Positions 17,381 to 27,514 of a stretch of DNA of 64,000 nucleotides are shown here, in pieces. Within the stretch, counting starts at the first letter, position 1; each line of letters opens with the position of its first letter. The stretch covers positions 89,955 through 153,954 of the forward strand of contig CAXXSM010000122.1 in the NCBI GenBank assembly GCA_963663405.2, in the 5' to 3' direction. The notes beneath the pieces were generated by a model that had not been told where the DNA came from, did no database searches, and saw only the letters and a list, made by a program, of their open reading frames with translations. The translations under genes and the position numbers were made by a program. The DNA is from a bacterium. GTDB lineage: Bacteria; Hinthialibacterota; Hinthialibacteria; Hinthialibacterales; Hinthialibacteraceae.

Positions 17381-20300
17381 GTGGCGAAAATTAAATCAAT
17401 AATGTTAAATTGGAAACGTAAATTCAAATGGATATTGAAAGGATTGGCGGGGGGAGGGGCCGGGTTACTGCTATTTCTTTTGGTGGCCCTCGGTCTGGCG
17501 CAAATCCCCTTTGTAAAAGGGAAAATCGCCGGGCTTCTATCGCGGCGCCTTGGCGCCAGCCTGCAAATGGATGTGCGAGTGGAGCGAATTCATGGATTCA
17601 TTCCATTTGATTTCATATGCAGCGGAATTACGGCCGCGGATAATGAATCCACATGGTTGCGTGTGGATCAGATTCATGTGAAATATTCACCATTTTCTCT
17701 ATTGCTGGGACGGGTGAATATCGAAAAGATTGCCCTCTCCAATATTGAATTGGAACGTTGGCCTCAAGAACTTAAAACAGCCCACGAATCCCCAGTCGGA
17801 GGAGGGCCGTTTCAATTGCTGGAACGCTTGCCATCCGTCACGATTCAGTCTTTAAAGGCCGGGGATGTAACGCTCGCCACATCTGTGCTTGGACAAAGAT
17901 TGTCCCTTTCCCTTGAAGGTAACTTACATATGGGGAAGCCACCGAATATATTCCAAACCTTGTTGAAAATTCGCGAAAAAGATCTTCCCCATGAATTAGT
18001 GTCTATTGATGCGAACATTCTTGGTAACCCTCCTGAACTGAATTTTTCCCTGGAGGCGAGTGAGAAAAATAACGGTTTTTTCCCAAGGTTATTAGGGCTT
18101 CGAGAGGCGGGAGCGTTTCACTTCTTACTTGAGGGAGAGGGTTCCCTGGAAAATTGGTGTGGAGTAGTTCGAACCGACTTAGAAAGATATGGTTCAATTC
18201 ATTCGCAAATCCATCTGGAAGCTGCGGATGACGTTCATATGGAGGCGACGGGCGAGATCGTCATAGAATCTTCCATGATTCCACATCAAATCGCCCCGCT
18301 CGTGAACGAGCAAATTGATTTCTCATTGGCTGGAGCGCTGGAGGTAACGAAGCAGCTGACAGTCGACCGACTTCATCTTGAAACGGGGATGACAAGCGCT
18401 GATTTTTGGGGGACGTACGATCCGCGCGCGCGCTCTCTCGAAAGCCGGCTGACGATAGGAGTGAGCGATTTGTCTCCCGTTCAATCCCTAGCGGGGATTC
18501 CTATTTCCGGTTCTGCAACTTTCCAGTGCGACGCGCAGGGTACGATTCAAAAACCGGAGGCGGAGCTTGCTTTTCGGGTATACAAGCCTCGAATCGCGAA
18601 CGTCATGGCGCAACAGATCGAAATGCAAATCAATGTCCATTTATTGGACGAGATCACTTCGGTTCCGCCTCGTTTGGGTGTCATGGGGAAGGGGGGCGTA
18701 GAAGAATTTACTTATATGGCGGATGAGAAGATTTATGAACCGAAAGTGGACTTTTCTTTCGATGTGGAAAGCGCGGCTCTTAATCAAATCTTGATTCGCA
18801 GTATACATCTATCAAGCCAACACACGAACCTTCAAATCCAAGGATTAGTGGATGCGAATGTGCCTTGCGCCACACTCGCTTCGATGTGCCGGATTGAATC
18901 CCTGCGCCGGTATGGCCAACTCGCGGGGATGGACGTGGATGGGGTTTTGAAACTGAACGCCGATCTCCTCGCTGACGCTGCATCAAACATGCTTTCAGCC
19001 GATGTGTCTGGAGAGGTGAGCGCGCTGAAAGGAGCGCCCGAGCTGGCCGCCGTGCTGCTTGGGCCCGCGTTCGACTGGACGGGCCGTCTCGAATTTATCC
19101 CGGGAAACCGGATGAATCTTTCCGATTTTCACTTGCAGGGCCGCGTGGCTTCTGTTTCGGCGGCCGCTTCCATGAATGTAAACCAAAAACGAATCAACGC
19201 GGATTGGACGTTGTCGATCCCGAAACTCACGCCGCTTTCCAGTACGGTTGGATACCCTTTAAGCGGTGATTTCATTTTAAGAGGCGATGCGAGTGGCTCC
19301 TTACAAGACTTACAAATCAATACTATTCTCGAATCCAAACACCTGACTGCGGAGAATCTTACCTTTGATATCGTACGGGCGAATCTAAGCGCAAGCCAAA
19401 TTCCACAATCACCCCAGGGCGCTCTGGTGATGGAAGCGGTTTGCAAAGATAAAACCCTTACATTCCAGACGGATTTTCGAGCGCAAGAGTCCTTATTTGT
19501 ATTAACCAATGTGAACTTGTCTGGACCGGAAATCGATATAAATGGATTCTTAAGAGCCGACCTCGTGAAACAGTGGATTTCAGCTGACCTGGAAGGAAGA
19601 TCTGACGATCTGTCGGCGTTGGGCAATTTTCTAGGTCAGCCGTTGGCGGGGCGATTAAATTTTCTCGCTTCATTCAAGCCGGGCATGGAAGGACAGAAAA
19701 TCACGTTTGATTTGAACGCGTCTGATGCGCAATCTCCATTCGCTGAATTTAAAAGGGCGCGAATCCAAGCTGAATTGGACGATGCGTTTCGAGATCCCTC
19801 GGGAAAACTATCATTATCAATCGAATCCTTCAAGAATGCAGGCATCACAATAAAATCATTGAACGCAAAAGCCTCGAATGAAAAAAGGCGCATTGAATGG
19901 ACTTGTCAAGGTCAAGGGGAATGGAAGCATCTGTTCGAGTTTCAATCCATGGGCCACAGTGAATTCGCCGCGATTCCTAAAGTGATAATTGATACATTGC
20001 AAGGGCAATATGATGGGATTCCATTTTCATTGACAGGCAACGCGGAACTAAATATACCGCAAAAAAAATATACATTGGAGACTCTTGAAGCTCATCTTGG
20101 ATCGGGAGAAATCCGCGCTTCCGGACAATACCAGCCGCAAATCGTGGAACTGGATTTGTCTCTAGATGGTATTCCTCTCGAACTTTCCAAGTACGTGCTA
20201 ACAAGTGTTCCACCTTTTAGCGGTGTTCTCCAAGCAAAATTGAATGTCAGCGGTTCTCCGGTCAGGCCCGTGGTCCAATCGGAAATCATGGCCTATAAAT

Positions 20301-21853
20301 TACGAATTAATCATCCCCAGCTACAGAAGATACCCGAGACAAAAACGGAGATTAACGCTCGATACGCCGGGGAAGAAGTATTGTTGGATTTTAAAATCTT
20401 GGATCTTTTCAACACACCGCTGACAGCGAGCCTGATGATACCGGCCACTTTCTCATTGGAACCAGTACGATTTTCGACTTTCACCGGGAATAACCTTCGA
20501 GGACGGATCACAGGTGAAATGGATCTGGAACTCATGTCCACTCTTCTTTCGCTGGAAGGACAAAAATTCTCTGGACGTTTGATCACCGATTTGGAAATGA
20601 AAGGAACTCTTCAGGAGCCGGATTTCTCTGGAAATATCAATTTGGAAAAAGGATCCTACGATAATTTGGATTTGGGCGTAATGCTGCGTGATATCCATGC
20701 CGAGCTGCTTGCTGCAGGCCGACAAGTAATAATTCAAAAATTTCAATTGACTGATGGGGGCGCCGGTGTAGTAACCGCATCGGGGAACATTGCCTTCGCT
20801 TCAAATACTCCTTTATCTTTGAACATGGAATTTGACCAGGCGACTCTTGCGCGCATGGATAACGTCACCGCCGTGATCGAAGGAATGCTAACGTTGAGCG
20901 GTGAACCGAACAATTTAAAACTCGACGGCAAGATGGAGATCACCCCCATCGAGATTCATGTGCTGGAGCCGTTGCCGAAAGAGATTGAAGAAATCCAAAT
21001 CATTCGCGCTGGCCAAATGGAACAAGCAGACTCACCAGGAATAAAACCGGATAAGAATCGTCCTCAGGGAAATGTAACGCTTAATTTGCAGATCCTGATA
21101 CCTAACCGCATGTTTGTTCGAGGCCCCGGCCTCGAATCCGAATGGTCCGGCAATCTTCTAATCACGGGAACCGCCCCCAATCCTATCCTGAAAGGAAATC
21201 TGTCAGTGGTTCGAGGGCGGTTTAACTTCTTCGGCAACCGTTTTAATTTAACAAGCGGATCAATTACCTTTCAGGGAAGCCAATCCGTGGACATATTCGG
21301 CAATCCTTTCAATTTAACAAGCGGCTTAAATGCGCTCCATGGAAGCCAATCCATAGATATTTTCTTGGATTTGGTCACGGAAACCACAAAGAAAAACATA
21401 ACATACTATCTTCGTATAACCGGTCCAGTGAACTCGCCAAAGTTAAACCTGGAATCCAATCCTCCTCTTGCGTCCGACGAAGTCTTATCCCGGTTGCTTT
21501 TCAACCGGCGTTTGACGGACATTACTCCGTTGCAGGCTTTGCAGTTGGCGCAAGCGGCGAATGCGTTGCGCGGCGGTAGCGATGCGTTCGATCTCATGGG
21601 AAAAACGAGAAATCTGCTCGGAGTAGATCAACTCGAATTGCGCCAAGAGCAAGGCGGAAGCATGGGCGATACCATGGTGGGCGTAGGAAAGTACCTGACA
21701 GAGAAAATCTACGTTGACTTGGAGCAGGGCTTGGGAAAGGAAATGGGAAAAGTGTCCGTTGAAGTGCAACTGACACCTTTCATTTCCATCGTGGGTGAAG
21801 TGGGAGTAGACCACAGAAGCGGTATAGGCCTTTTCTGGAAATATGATTTTTAG
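17381..21853 (+). CDS. tamB: Translocation and assembly module TamB
   Basis: 1490 aa, N-terminal TM anchor, DUF490-type C-terminus (GKYLTEKIYV...WKYDF), directly after tamA. Confidence 0.9.
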   Translation: MAKIKSIMLNWKRKFKWILKGLAGGGAGLLLFLLVALGLAQIPFVKGKIAGLLSRRLGASLQMDVRVERIHGFIPFDFICSGITAADNESTWLRVDQIHVKYSPFSLLLGRVNIEKIALSNIELERWPQELKTAHESPVGGGPFQLLERLPSVTIQSLKAGDVTLATSVLGQRLSLSLEGNLHMGKPPNIFQTLLKIREKDLPHELVSIDANILGNPPELNFSLEASEKNNGFFPRLLGLREAGAFHFLLEGEGSLENWCGVVRTDLERYGSIHSQIHLEAADDVHMEATGEIVIESSMIPHQIAPLVNEQIDFSLAGALEVTKQLTVDRLHLETGMTSADFWGTYDPRARSLESRLTIGVSDLSPVQSLAGIPISGSATFQCDAQGTIQKPEAELAFRVYKPRIANVMAQQIEMQINVHLLDEITSVPPRLGVMGKGGVEEFTYMADEKIYEPKVDFSFDVESAALNQILIRSIHLSSQHTNLQIQGLVDANVPCATLASMCRIESLRRYGQLAGMDVDGVLKLNADLLADAASNMLSADVSGEVSALKGAPELAAVLLGPAFDWTGRLEFIPGNRMNLSDFHLQGRVASVSAAASMNVNQKRINADWTLSIPKLTPLSSTVGYPLSGDFILRGDASGSLQDLQINTILESKHLTAENLTFDIVRANLSASQIPQSPQGALVMEAVCKDKTLTFQTDFRAQESLFVLTNVNLSGPEIDINGFLRADLVKQWISADLEGRSDDLSALGNFLGQPLAGRLNFLASFKPGMEGQKITFDLNASDAQSPFAEFKRARIQAELDDAFRDPSGKLSLSIESFKNAGITIKSLNAKASNEKRRIEWTCQGQGEWKHLFEFQSMGHSEFAAIPKVIIDTLQGQYDGIPFSLTGNAELNIPQKKYTLETLEAHLGSGEIRASGQYQPQIVELDLSLDGIPLELSKYVLTSVPPFSGVLQAKLNVSGSPVRPVVQSEIMAYKLRINHPQLQKIPETKTEINARYAGEEVLLDFKILDLFNTPLTASLMIPATFSLEPVRFSTFTGNNLRGRITGEMDLELMSTLLSLEGQKFSGRLITDLEMKGTLQEPDFSGNINLEKGSYDNLDLGVMLRDIHAELLAAGRQVIIQKFQLTDGGAGVVTASGNIAFASNTPLSLNMEFDQATLARMDNVTAVIEGMLTLSGEPNNLKLDGKMEITPIEIHVLEPLPKEIEEIQIIRAGQMEQADSPGIKPDKNRPQGNVTLNLQILIPNRMFVRGPGLESEWSGNLLITGTAPNPILKGNLSVVRGRFNFFGNRFNLTSGSITFQGSQSVDIFGNPFNLTSGLNALHGSQSIDIFLDLVTETTKKNITYYLRITGPVNSPKLNLESNPPLASDEVLSRLLFNRRLTDITPLQALQLAQAANALRGGSDAFDLMGKTRNLLGVDQLELRQEQGGSMGDTMVGVGKYLTEKIYVDLEQGLGKEMGKVSVEVQLTPFISIVGEVGVDHRSGIGLFWKYDF

Positions 21854-22066
21854 GCCGTATTTTTTTATGATCCTATCTTGGCGCTCTCAAGTATTGAGTC
21901 GCGAAATTAAAATGTATCTTCAGAGAGCCGACTGTATAGTGGTTCAGACCGATTAAGATAACTAACGTGAGTTATATTTACGGATGAATGTGCACAATAC
22001 ACTTAAAAAGAGCTACAAACATTTTTATTCTTGGAATTGCACTGAATAATGGGAAAGGATCATTCA

Positions 22067-22452
22067 TCAATCATAAGCAAGCTCAACAAAGGTTTGCCGG
22101 ATCAAATCGCCTATCTCGTTTAAACTCATCTGAAACTTGTCTAAATATTCATGCAATCCGTATTTAACAATATCTTTTACCGAATTGTAATCTAAATCTG
22201 ATCGGAGTCGCCCAAGACTTTGTTCGGCGAAATTCGTATATCTTCCTTGGGGAGTACCTGAAATTTGGTGGAGAGAATGTTCTGTCTTAATCACACAAAA
22301 ATGGATGGCTCGAGGAAATTCAGCATTTAATATAAGAAACTCAACTACATGTTGTGGAACGATCCGTTTGTAGATTTTCCGATACATTTCCAGACCACTC
22401 ACTGATTTCAAGAGAGCCGCCCATTCCACAGAATCGATCGGAGTTCCTACAT
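22067..22452 (-). pseudogene. C-terminal part of an alpha-E domain (DUF403) protein, 5' end replaced by toxin array
   Basis: DVGTPIDSVEWAALLKSVSGLEMYRK...FLILNAEFPRAI...GLHEYLD; homology stops at ~22452. Confidence 0.8.
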
Positions 22453-22881
22453 CGCCCAGGCCGTCATACCGTTTATAATCTAGAAGTTCATAAAAGCCAT
22501 ACCTTCTACGTTGCCAACCAATGCATCTTGACGCATAATAATAGCTGTCCTGTCAAGTTATTTACTAAAGCATCTGACTTACCAGTTATACGTCCAGGTA
22601 AAAAAGCCTGGGATGAGGCAGTGAAAGATCTTGCTAGTATGGGAAAAGGAAAACGAAATTATAGGACAGAGACTGCTTCAGATGCAAAAAGGCTTTTACA
22701 GGAAGCAAGAGGAAATATGGATAGACGAAAAAATTACACAAATGATATCTATAAAAAAGGGTATGAAACACACAATAATACATATAATCAACGTGAATTA
22801 GACGTCGGCAATGATCTTCAGCATTTAAAATGGAAGGAAATTAAAGCAGGAGGTCATATATACTATGACAAACCTAACTGA
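22450..22881 (+). pseudogene. Orphan polymorphic toxin cassette 0: HINT C-terminal block plus toxin CT of unknown family
   Basis: RPGRHTVYNLEVHKSHTFYVANQCILTHN|NSC identical to later cassettes; no start or N-terminal part. Confidence 0.8.
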
Positions 22882-23350
22882 GGAGGTTTTTATGGTAAGC
22901 GTTCATAAGTCTGTCTATTCAGATTATTTTATTGATTTACGTGATTTGGATATTGAGTTATGTGATGAAACATTTGCTTCTAAAAAATTTTCTGAGCTTG
23001 TTGATATGAAAGCAAATTCCTATTTTCATTTACCCAATGATCATTGGTTGGTCACAGGTATTATCACTATCATAGGTAATTGGATCGATTCGTACAATGC
23101 AGATAATAATGAATCTGTTTCTTCTATTCTTAAAAACCACATCAAGTGGGATGAAAACGATGATGTTTATTTTATGGCTAAAAGAAGCATTGTATTTAGG
23201 ATTTCATGGAAGATATTTATTATGCACTGGGATTTATTTGTGGCATGCGAAGATGACTGTCCTATTATCATGTCAACAGTTCACAAAAAGGAGGCATTGA
23301 TTTTTACACCAACCGGTAAGTTGCATTTTATTCGTGACTCATCAATCTGA
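22865..23350 (+). CDS. Putative immunity protein, DUF2947-like
   Basis: Overlaps toxin stop; AT-rich; LKNHIKWDENDDVYF...SWKIFIMHWDLF pattern. Confidence 0.55.
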   Translation: MTNLTEEVFMVSVHKSVYSDYFIDLRDLDIELCDETFASKKFSELVDMKANSYFHLPNDHWLVTGIITIIGNWIDSYNADNNESVSSILKNHIKWDENDDVYFMAKRSIVFRISWKIFIMHWDLFVACEDDCPIIMSTVHKKEALIFTPTGKLHFIRDSSI

Positions 23351-23553
23351 TTGTTCCAGGAAATCCGAAATCCCAAAAGTAACATCTTAAATTCAAAGAG
23401 GTTATAGATTCAATTATCGGATAATAACTGTTTTGTTGAAATATATCCAACTCAAAAAATTCTTAGAGCCGTTATTAAACTTAACCATCGGGCACCCAGG
23501 GCAAGGTTTTTCATCTACCCTGGCTAAAATCTTCGGAACGTAACGTATCCCCT

Positions 23554-24594
23554 ATGTTCTTTACTCACAAAAATATCATCATACTCCTTGGCCTATTAAT
23601 CAGCGCGTTCGCCGAATTCAATCCATCCATACTTTACACCACGAATGAGATTGATGAATATGTTCCATCTCCACAATGGCGTTCCATTGACGATGAAGAG
23701 ATCACCCCCGAAACGTGGCGCAGTATCCATCTTGAAATACGCAAAACCGATGGAAGCATGGCCAAAATTGATTTGCTGCGGCCGCTTTGGTGGCTGGAGG
23801 AAACCAAAGCGGAAGTTGGTGGTACGCTCAACCTTTCGATACTCGAAATGGGCATCGAAGGAGACGCCAAGATTATAAAGATCGGGCCATGTTCCACCGA
23901 TTCTCGTAATAGAGATCCGAAATATCAGGTCGTTACCGGGAAGTATACATACGAAAACGCCATCATCCTTGACCTCACCTTTAACAACGATGCGGAGAAC
24001 AACCTTGGCGTAACCCCGAACCATCGGTTCTGGTCGACAAGCCGCAATGCCTGGGTGGAAGCCGAACAACTCAAGATCGGTGAATCCGTCAAGACCAAGG
24101 ATGGAATCGCTCAGCTGACCACGCGCAGTCAGCGCCCAGGCCGTCACACCGTTTACAATCTAGAAGTTCATAAAAGCCATACCTTCTACGTTGCCAACCA
24201 ATGCATTTTGACGCATAATCAAAGCAGCGCTGGCGTAGTACCTGGTGCTATAAACGCAGGGCTTGCCTCAAAGAGTGCAAAAGGGATTACAGGAATAGAT
24301 TTTGAAAACTATCTTCAAAAAAAGCTGAGCGGTAGAGGTAGCTTTAAAATGGATGGACGTCAGTTTGATGGCGCATACAATAACCGATGGTATGAAGCTA
24401 AATCCGGTAAATATTGGGAGAATCATGCACAGATAGGTAAAGGTTTTGACAAATTTAGGTCTGATATTGGAGAAAGAGCTTCAATAGCTCGTAAGCATGG
24501 CGCTTTATTTGAAGTCCACTCTAATACACCAATACCAAGCCATGTCAAAGATTGGTTAACAAAAAAAGGTATTCCTTTCTTTGAGCATGAATAG
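23554..24594 (+). CDS. Polymorphic toxin cassette 1: signal peptide + incomplete HINT + PD-(D/E)xK nuclease
   Basis: IIILLGLLISAFA; GVTPNHRFWS and VYNLEV..THN HINT blocks; FE...FDG...WYEAKSG REase motif. Confidence 0.85.
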   Translation: MFFTHKNIIILLGLLISAFAEFNPSILYTTNEIDEYVPSPQWRSIDDEEITPETWRSIHLEIRKTDGSMAKIDLLRPLWWLEETKAEVGGTLNLSILEMGIEGDAKIIKIGPCSTDSRNRDPKYQVVTGKYTYENAIILDLTFNNDAENNLGVTPNHRFWSTSRNAWVEAEQLKIGESVKTKDGIAQLTTRSQRPGRHTVYNLEVHKSHTFYVANQCILTHNQSSAGVVPGAINAGLASKSAKGITGIDFENYLQKKLSGRGSFKMDGRQFDGAYNNRWYEAKSGKYWENHAQIGKGFDKFRSDIGERASIARKHGALFEVHSNTPIPSHVKDWLTKKGIPFFEHE

Positions 24595-25042
24595 GGAGAT
24601 TACAATGTCTAGATCGGCATCAATTGATATTGAATTATACGGCCAAGAAATAAAAATTGTTGATATCATCTATATGCTTCTAAGTTTTGGCTGGTCATTA
24701 AATGATAATGGAAAGGTATCATATTTACCTCCTGGGGTTGATGATAATTTTGAATGGATACATGATGACATTAAAGAATCCAATCTTTTTTCACTATTAA
24801 AGAAGAAGGAACTTGTTGGTGAATTAATTGGTATTGTATTGACTTGGAGAGATACTGGTATTGGAGGACAATTTTTATTGAGAAAGGATATGAGCATATC
24901 ATTCATTCTATCTGTAAATCGTAAAAAAATTAGTGATATAAATATTTTTACCGATGTAAATTGGTATTTAGAGAAAATAATTCCCGCTTTAACTTCTAAG
25001 GATGTAAATATTGAATCAATTTCGTGGGAGGAACATGTATAA
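24581..25042 (+). CDS. Putative immunity protein for cassette 1
   Basis: Overlaps toxin 3' end, AT-rich, 153 aa. Confidence 0.65.
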   Translation: MSMNREITMSRSASIDIELYGQEIKIVDIIYMLLSFGWSLNDNGKVSYLPPGVDDNFEWIHDDIKESNLFSLLKKKELVGELIGIVLTWRDTGIGGQFLLRKDMSISFILSVNRKKISDINIFTDVNWYLEKIIPALTSKDVNIESISWEEHV

Positions 25043-25308
25043 ATTTTAAGTTTCAAATAAAGTATTAAAATCCGGAATCCTCCGCCGGGTGCCCAGGGCA
25101 ATGCGAAGTCTGCCCTGGCATTGAACCCAGAAATCCATCACTCAGACGAATGCCGTTCCCGCTACGCCAATTTCCGAAACAACTCCTGGTATTCCTCAAA
25201 TAAAGGATGTTATGCGCCACCGATTCATCTAACTCCCCACATACCAGGCGCCCAGGGCAAGGTTTTTCATCTGCCCTGGCTTAAATCCCGAAACGAAACG
25301 TATCCCCT

Positions 25309-26340
25309 ATATTCTTTATTTATAAAAATATTATCATACTCCTTGGCCTATTAATCAGCACGTTCGCCGCCTTCAATCCATCCATACTTTACGCCGCGAA
25401 TGAGATTGATGAATATGTTCCATCTCCACAATGGCGTTCCATAGATGATGAAGAGATCACCCCCGAAACGTGGCGCAGTATCCATCTAGAAATACGTAAA
25501 ACCGATGGAAGCATGGCCAAAATCGATTTGCTGCGGCCGCTTTGGTGGCTGGAGGAAACCAAAGCGGAAGTTGGTGGTACGCTCAACCTTTCGATACTCG
25601 AAATGGGCATCGAAGGAGACGCCAAGGTATTAAAGATCGGGCCATGTACCACCGATTCTCGTAATAGAGATCCGAAATATCAGGTCGTTACCGGCAAGTA
25701 TACATACGAAAACGCCATCATCCTTGACCTCACCTTTAACAACGATACGGAGAACAACCTTGGCGTAACCCCGAACCATCGGTTCTGGTCGACAAGCCGC
25801 AATAGCTGGATCGAAGCCGAACAACTCAAGATTGGTGAATCCGTCAAGACCAAGGATGGAATCGCTCAGCTGACCTCGCGCACTCAGCGCCCAGGCCGTC
25901 ACACCGTTTACAATCTAGAAGTTCATAAAAGCCATACCTACTACGTTGCCAACCAATGCATTTTGGCGCATAATAATAGCTGTCCTGTCAAGGCTGGTAT
26001 TACAAACACAAGCCTTGACCTAAAGAGTGGTACATATGCAAGGCCAGCTGGATATAGAAAGGGAGTTAGAGATCAAGTTTGGGATAATGCAATAGATCCC
26101 TCTACAGGAAGGGTTCGTGATCCCAAAACAGGACAATTCATGAGTAAGGAAAAACCATGGGATATGGGGCACAAACCAGGGCATGAGTTTAGAAAGCATC
26201 AGAAAAGCGCTGCTGAAAGGGGCATAGATCGCCAGCAATTCTTGGATGAACATAATAATCCATCAAATTACCGACCTGAATTACCAAGTTCAAATCGTAG
26301 TCATGCTACAGAAGATAAGAATAAATACTTCAGCCCATGA
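25309..26340 (+). CDS. Polymorphic toxin cassette 2: HINT + GH-E (HNH/EndoVII) nuclease; start codon mutated
   Basis: Collinear with cassette 1 but ATG is ATA at 25309; WDMGHKPGHEF...NYRPELPSSNRSH GH-E motif. Confidence 0.85.
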   Translation: MFFIYKNIIILLGLLISTFAAFNPSILYAANEIDEYVPSPQWRSIDDEEITPETWRSIHLEIRKTDGSMAKIDLLRPLWWLEETKAEVGGTLNLSILEMGIEGDAKVLKIGPCTTDSRNRDPKYQVVTGKYTYENAIILDLTFNNDTENNLGVTPNHRFWSTSRNSWIEAEQLKIGESVKTKDGIAQLTSRTQRPGRHTVYNLEVHKSHTYYVANQCILAHNNSCPVKAGITNTSLDLKSGTYARPAGYRKGVRDQVWDNAIDPSTGRVRDPKTGQFMSKEKPWDMGHKPGHEFRKHQKSAAERGIDRQQFLDEHNNPSNYRPELPSSNRSHATEDKNKYFSP

Positions 26341-26930
26341 GGAATGATATGTCATCAATAACAAAAGAGAATAAAGCGATTGCATTAGCGATAGCCAAAG
26401 TATTTGGTGGCAAACCGAGTGACCAACGGTTTTGGGATGAAGGGGAAAAGAGTTTTATCGATATACTTAAATGTATGGATCGGCCACAAGTTGGTGTAAC
26501 TTCATACTCAACGATAGGACTATCTGACGCGCCATTGTACAAAGATGGTGTAGAATATCCAGTTCGTTTGGAAATAGTAGGAGCTTGCGGGAGCGGATTC
26601 ACTTATTTTGATAATGCTCTCGCCACAGCAGCTTTTTGCATTATCAACTCAAAATGGTTCTGCTATCCAGGCGCTATTTTTAGCGATATTTTGTCGATGT
26701 TTGAAATTTCATCAACAATGCGACATCTCTTTTTTGTACCACCATTTTTATGGGAAGAAGATTTGCAAACCATAACGGTAGGTAACAAAACTGTTGCTTG
26801 GCTTTTGGCAGTTCCCATATCTAATGGCGAACGGGCGTTCTCGGAAAAAAATGGACCTGATGCTTTAGAAAATTTATTTGTAGAAAAACAAATAGATATG
26901 TTCGATTTGGATAGAAAGTCTGTGGTTTGA
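26337..26930 (+). CDS. SUFU-family immunity protein
   Basis: GVTSYSTIGLSD, RLEIV, PGAIF, VAWLLAVPIS.GE, DLDRKSV. Confidence 0.88.
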   Translation: MRNDMSSITKENKAIALAIAKVFGGKPSDQRFWDEGEKSFIDILKCMDRPQVGVTSYSTIGLSDAPLYKDGVEYPVRLEIVGACGSGFTYFDNALATAAFCIINSKWFCYPGAIFSDILSMFEISSTMRHLFFVPPFLWEEDLQTITVGNKTVAWLLAVPISNGERAFSEKNGPDALENLFVEKQIDMFDLDRKSVV

Positions 26931-27060
26931 GATACAATTGGATAGTGTTTAAACTGAAACATTTTGCTGGGTGCCCAAGGCAAGGTTTTTCATCTGCCGG
27001 GTACCCAGGGCAATGCGAAGTCTGCCCTGGCTTAAATCTTCGGAACGAAACGTTTCCCCT

Positions 27061-27448
27061 ATGTTCTTTATTCATAAAAATATCATCATACTCCTCGGCC
27101 TATTAATCAGCTCGTTCGCTGTCTTCAATCCATCCATACTTTACGCCGTGAATGTGATTGGTGAATATGTTCCATCTCCACAATTTCGATCTATTGACGA
27201 TGAAGAGATCACTCCTGAAACGTGGCGTAGTATCCATCTAGAAATACGCAAAACCGATGGAAGCAAGGCCAAAATTGATTTGCTACGGCCGCTTTGGTGG
27301 CTGGAGGAAGCTAAAGCGGAAGTTGGAGGTACGCTCAACCTTTCGATACTCGAAATGGGCATCGAAGGTGACGCCAAGATTTTAAAGATCGGGCCATGTA
27401 CCACCGATTCTCGTAATAGAGATCCGAAATATCAGGTCGTTACCGGCA
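27061..27448 (+). pseudogene. Polymorphic toxin cassette 3, 3'-truncated before the toxin domain
   Basis: Near-identical to cassette 1 up to QVVTG, then homology ends. Confidence 0.85.
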
Positions 27449-27514
27449 GGGAATCTCAATAGTTCTTTTCATGAATCGGATTATTGCTGATCCGCTCAAA
27501 GAAATCTCCAATAT

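Larger units (their letters stand above)
23496..27030. repeat. Five dispersed REP-like hairpins CCAGGGCA-N10/12-TGCCCTGG
   Basis: At 23496-23523, 25093-25118, 25252-25279, 26975-26998 (degenerate), 27005-27030. Confidence 0.75.

Noticed and set aside
25121-25245. Possible IS200/RAYT transposase C-terminal remnant between hairpins (minus strand FEEYQELFRK)
   Set aside because: Too short and degenerate to support by eye
23496-27030. Integron with attC sites
   Set aside because: Hairpins lack RYYYAAC/GTTRRRY cores; neither tyrosine recombinase shows the IntI-specific insertion; cassettes share long coding homology
22450-27448. Diversity-generating retroelement or true protein-splicing inteins
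   Set aside because: No reverse transcriptase, no adenine-specific variation, and HINT lacks the N-terminal nucleophile block
27449-27514. IS as cause of cassette 3 truncation
   Set aside because: IR/TSD place the IS start at 27515 inside a HAMP fragment, 66 bp after toxin homology ends
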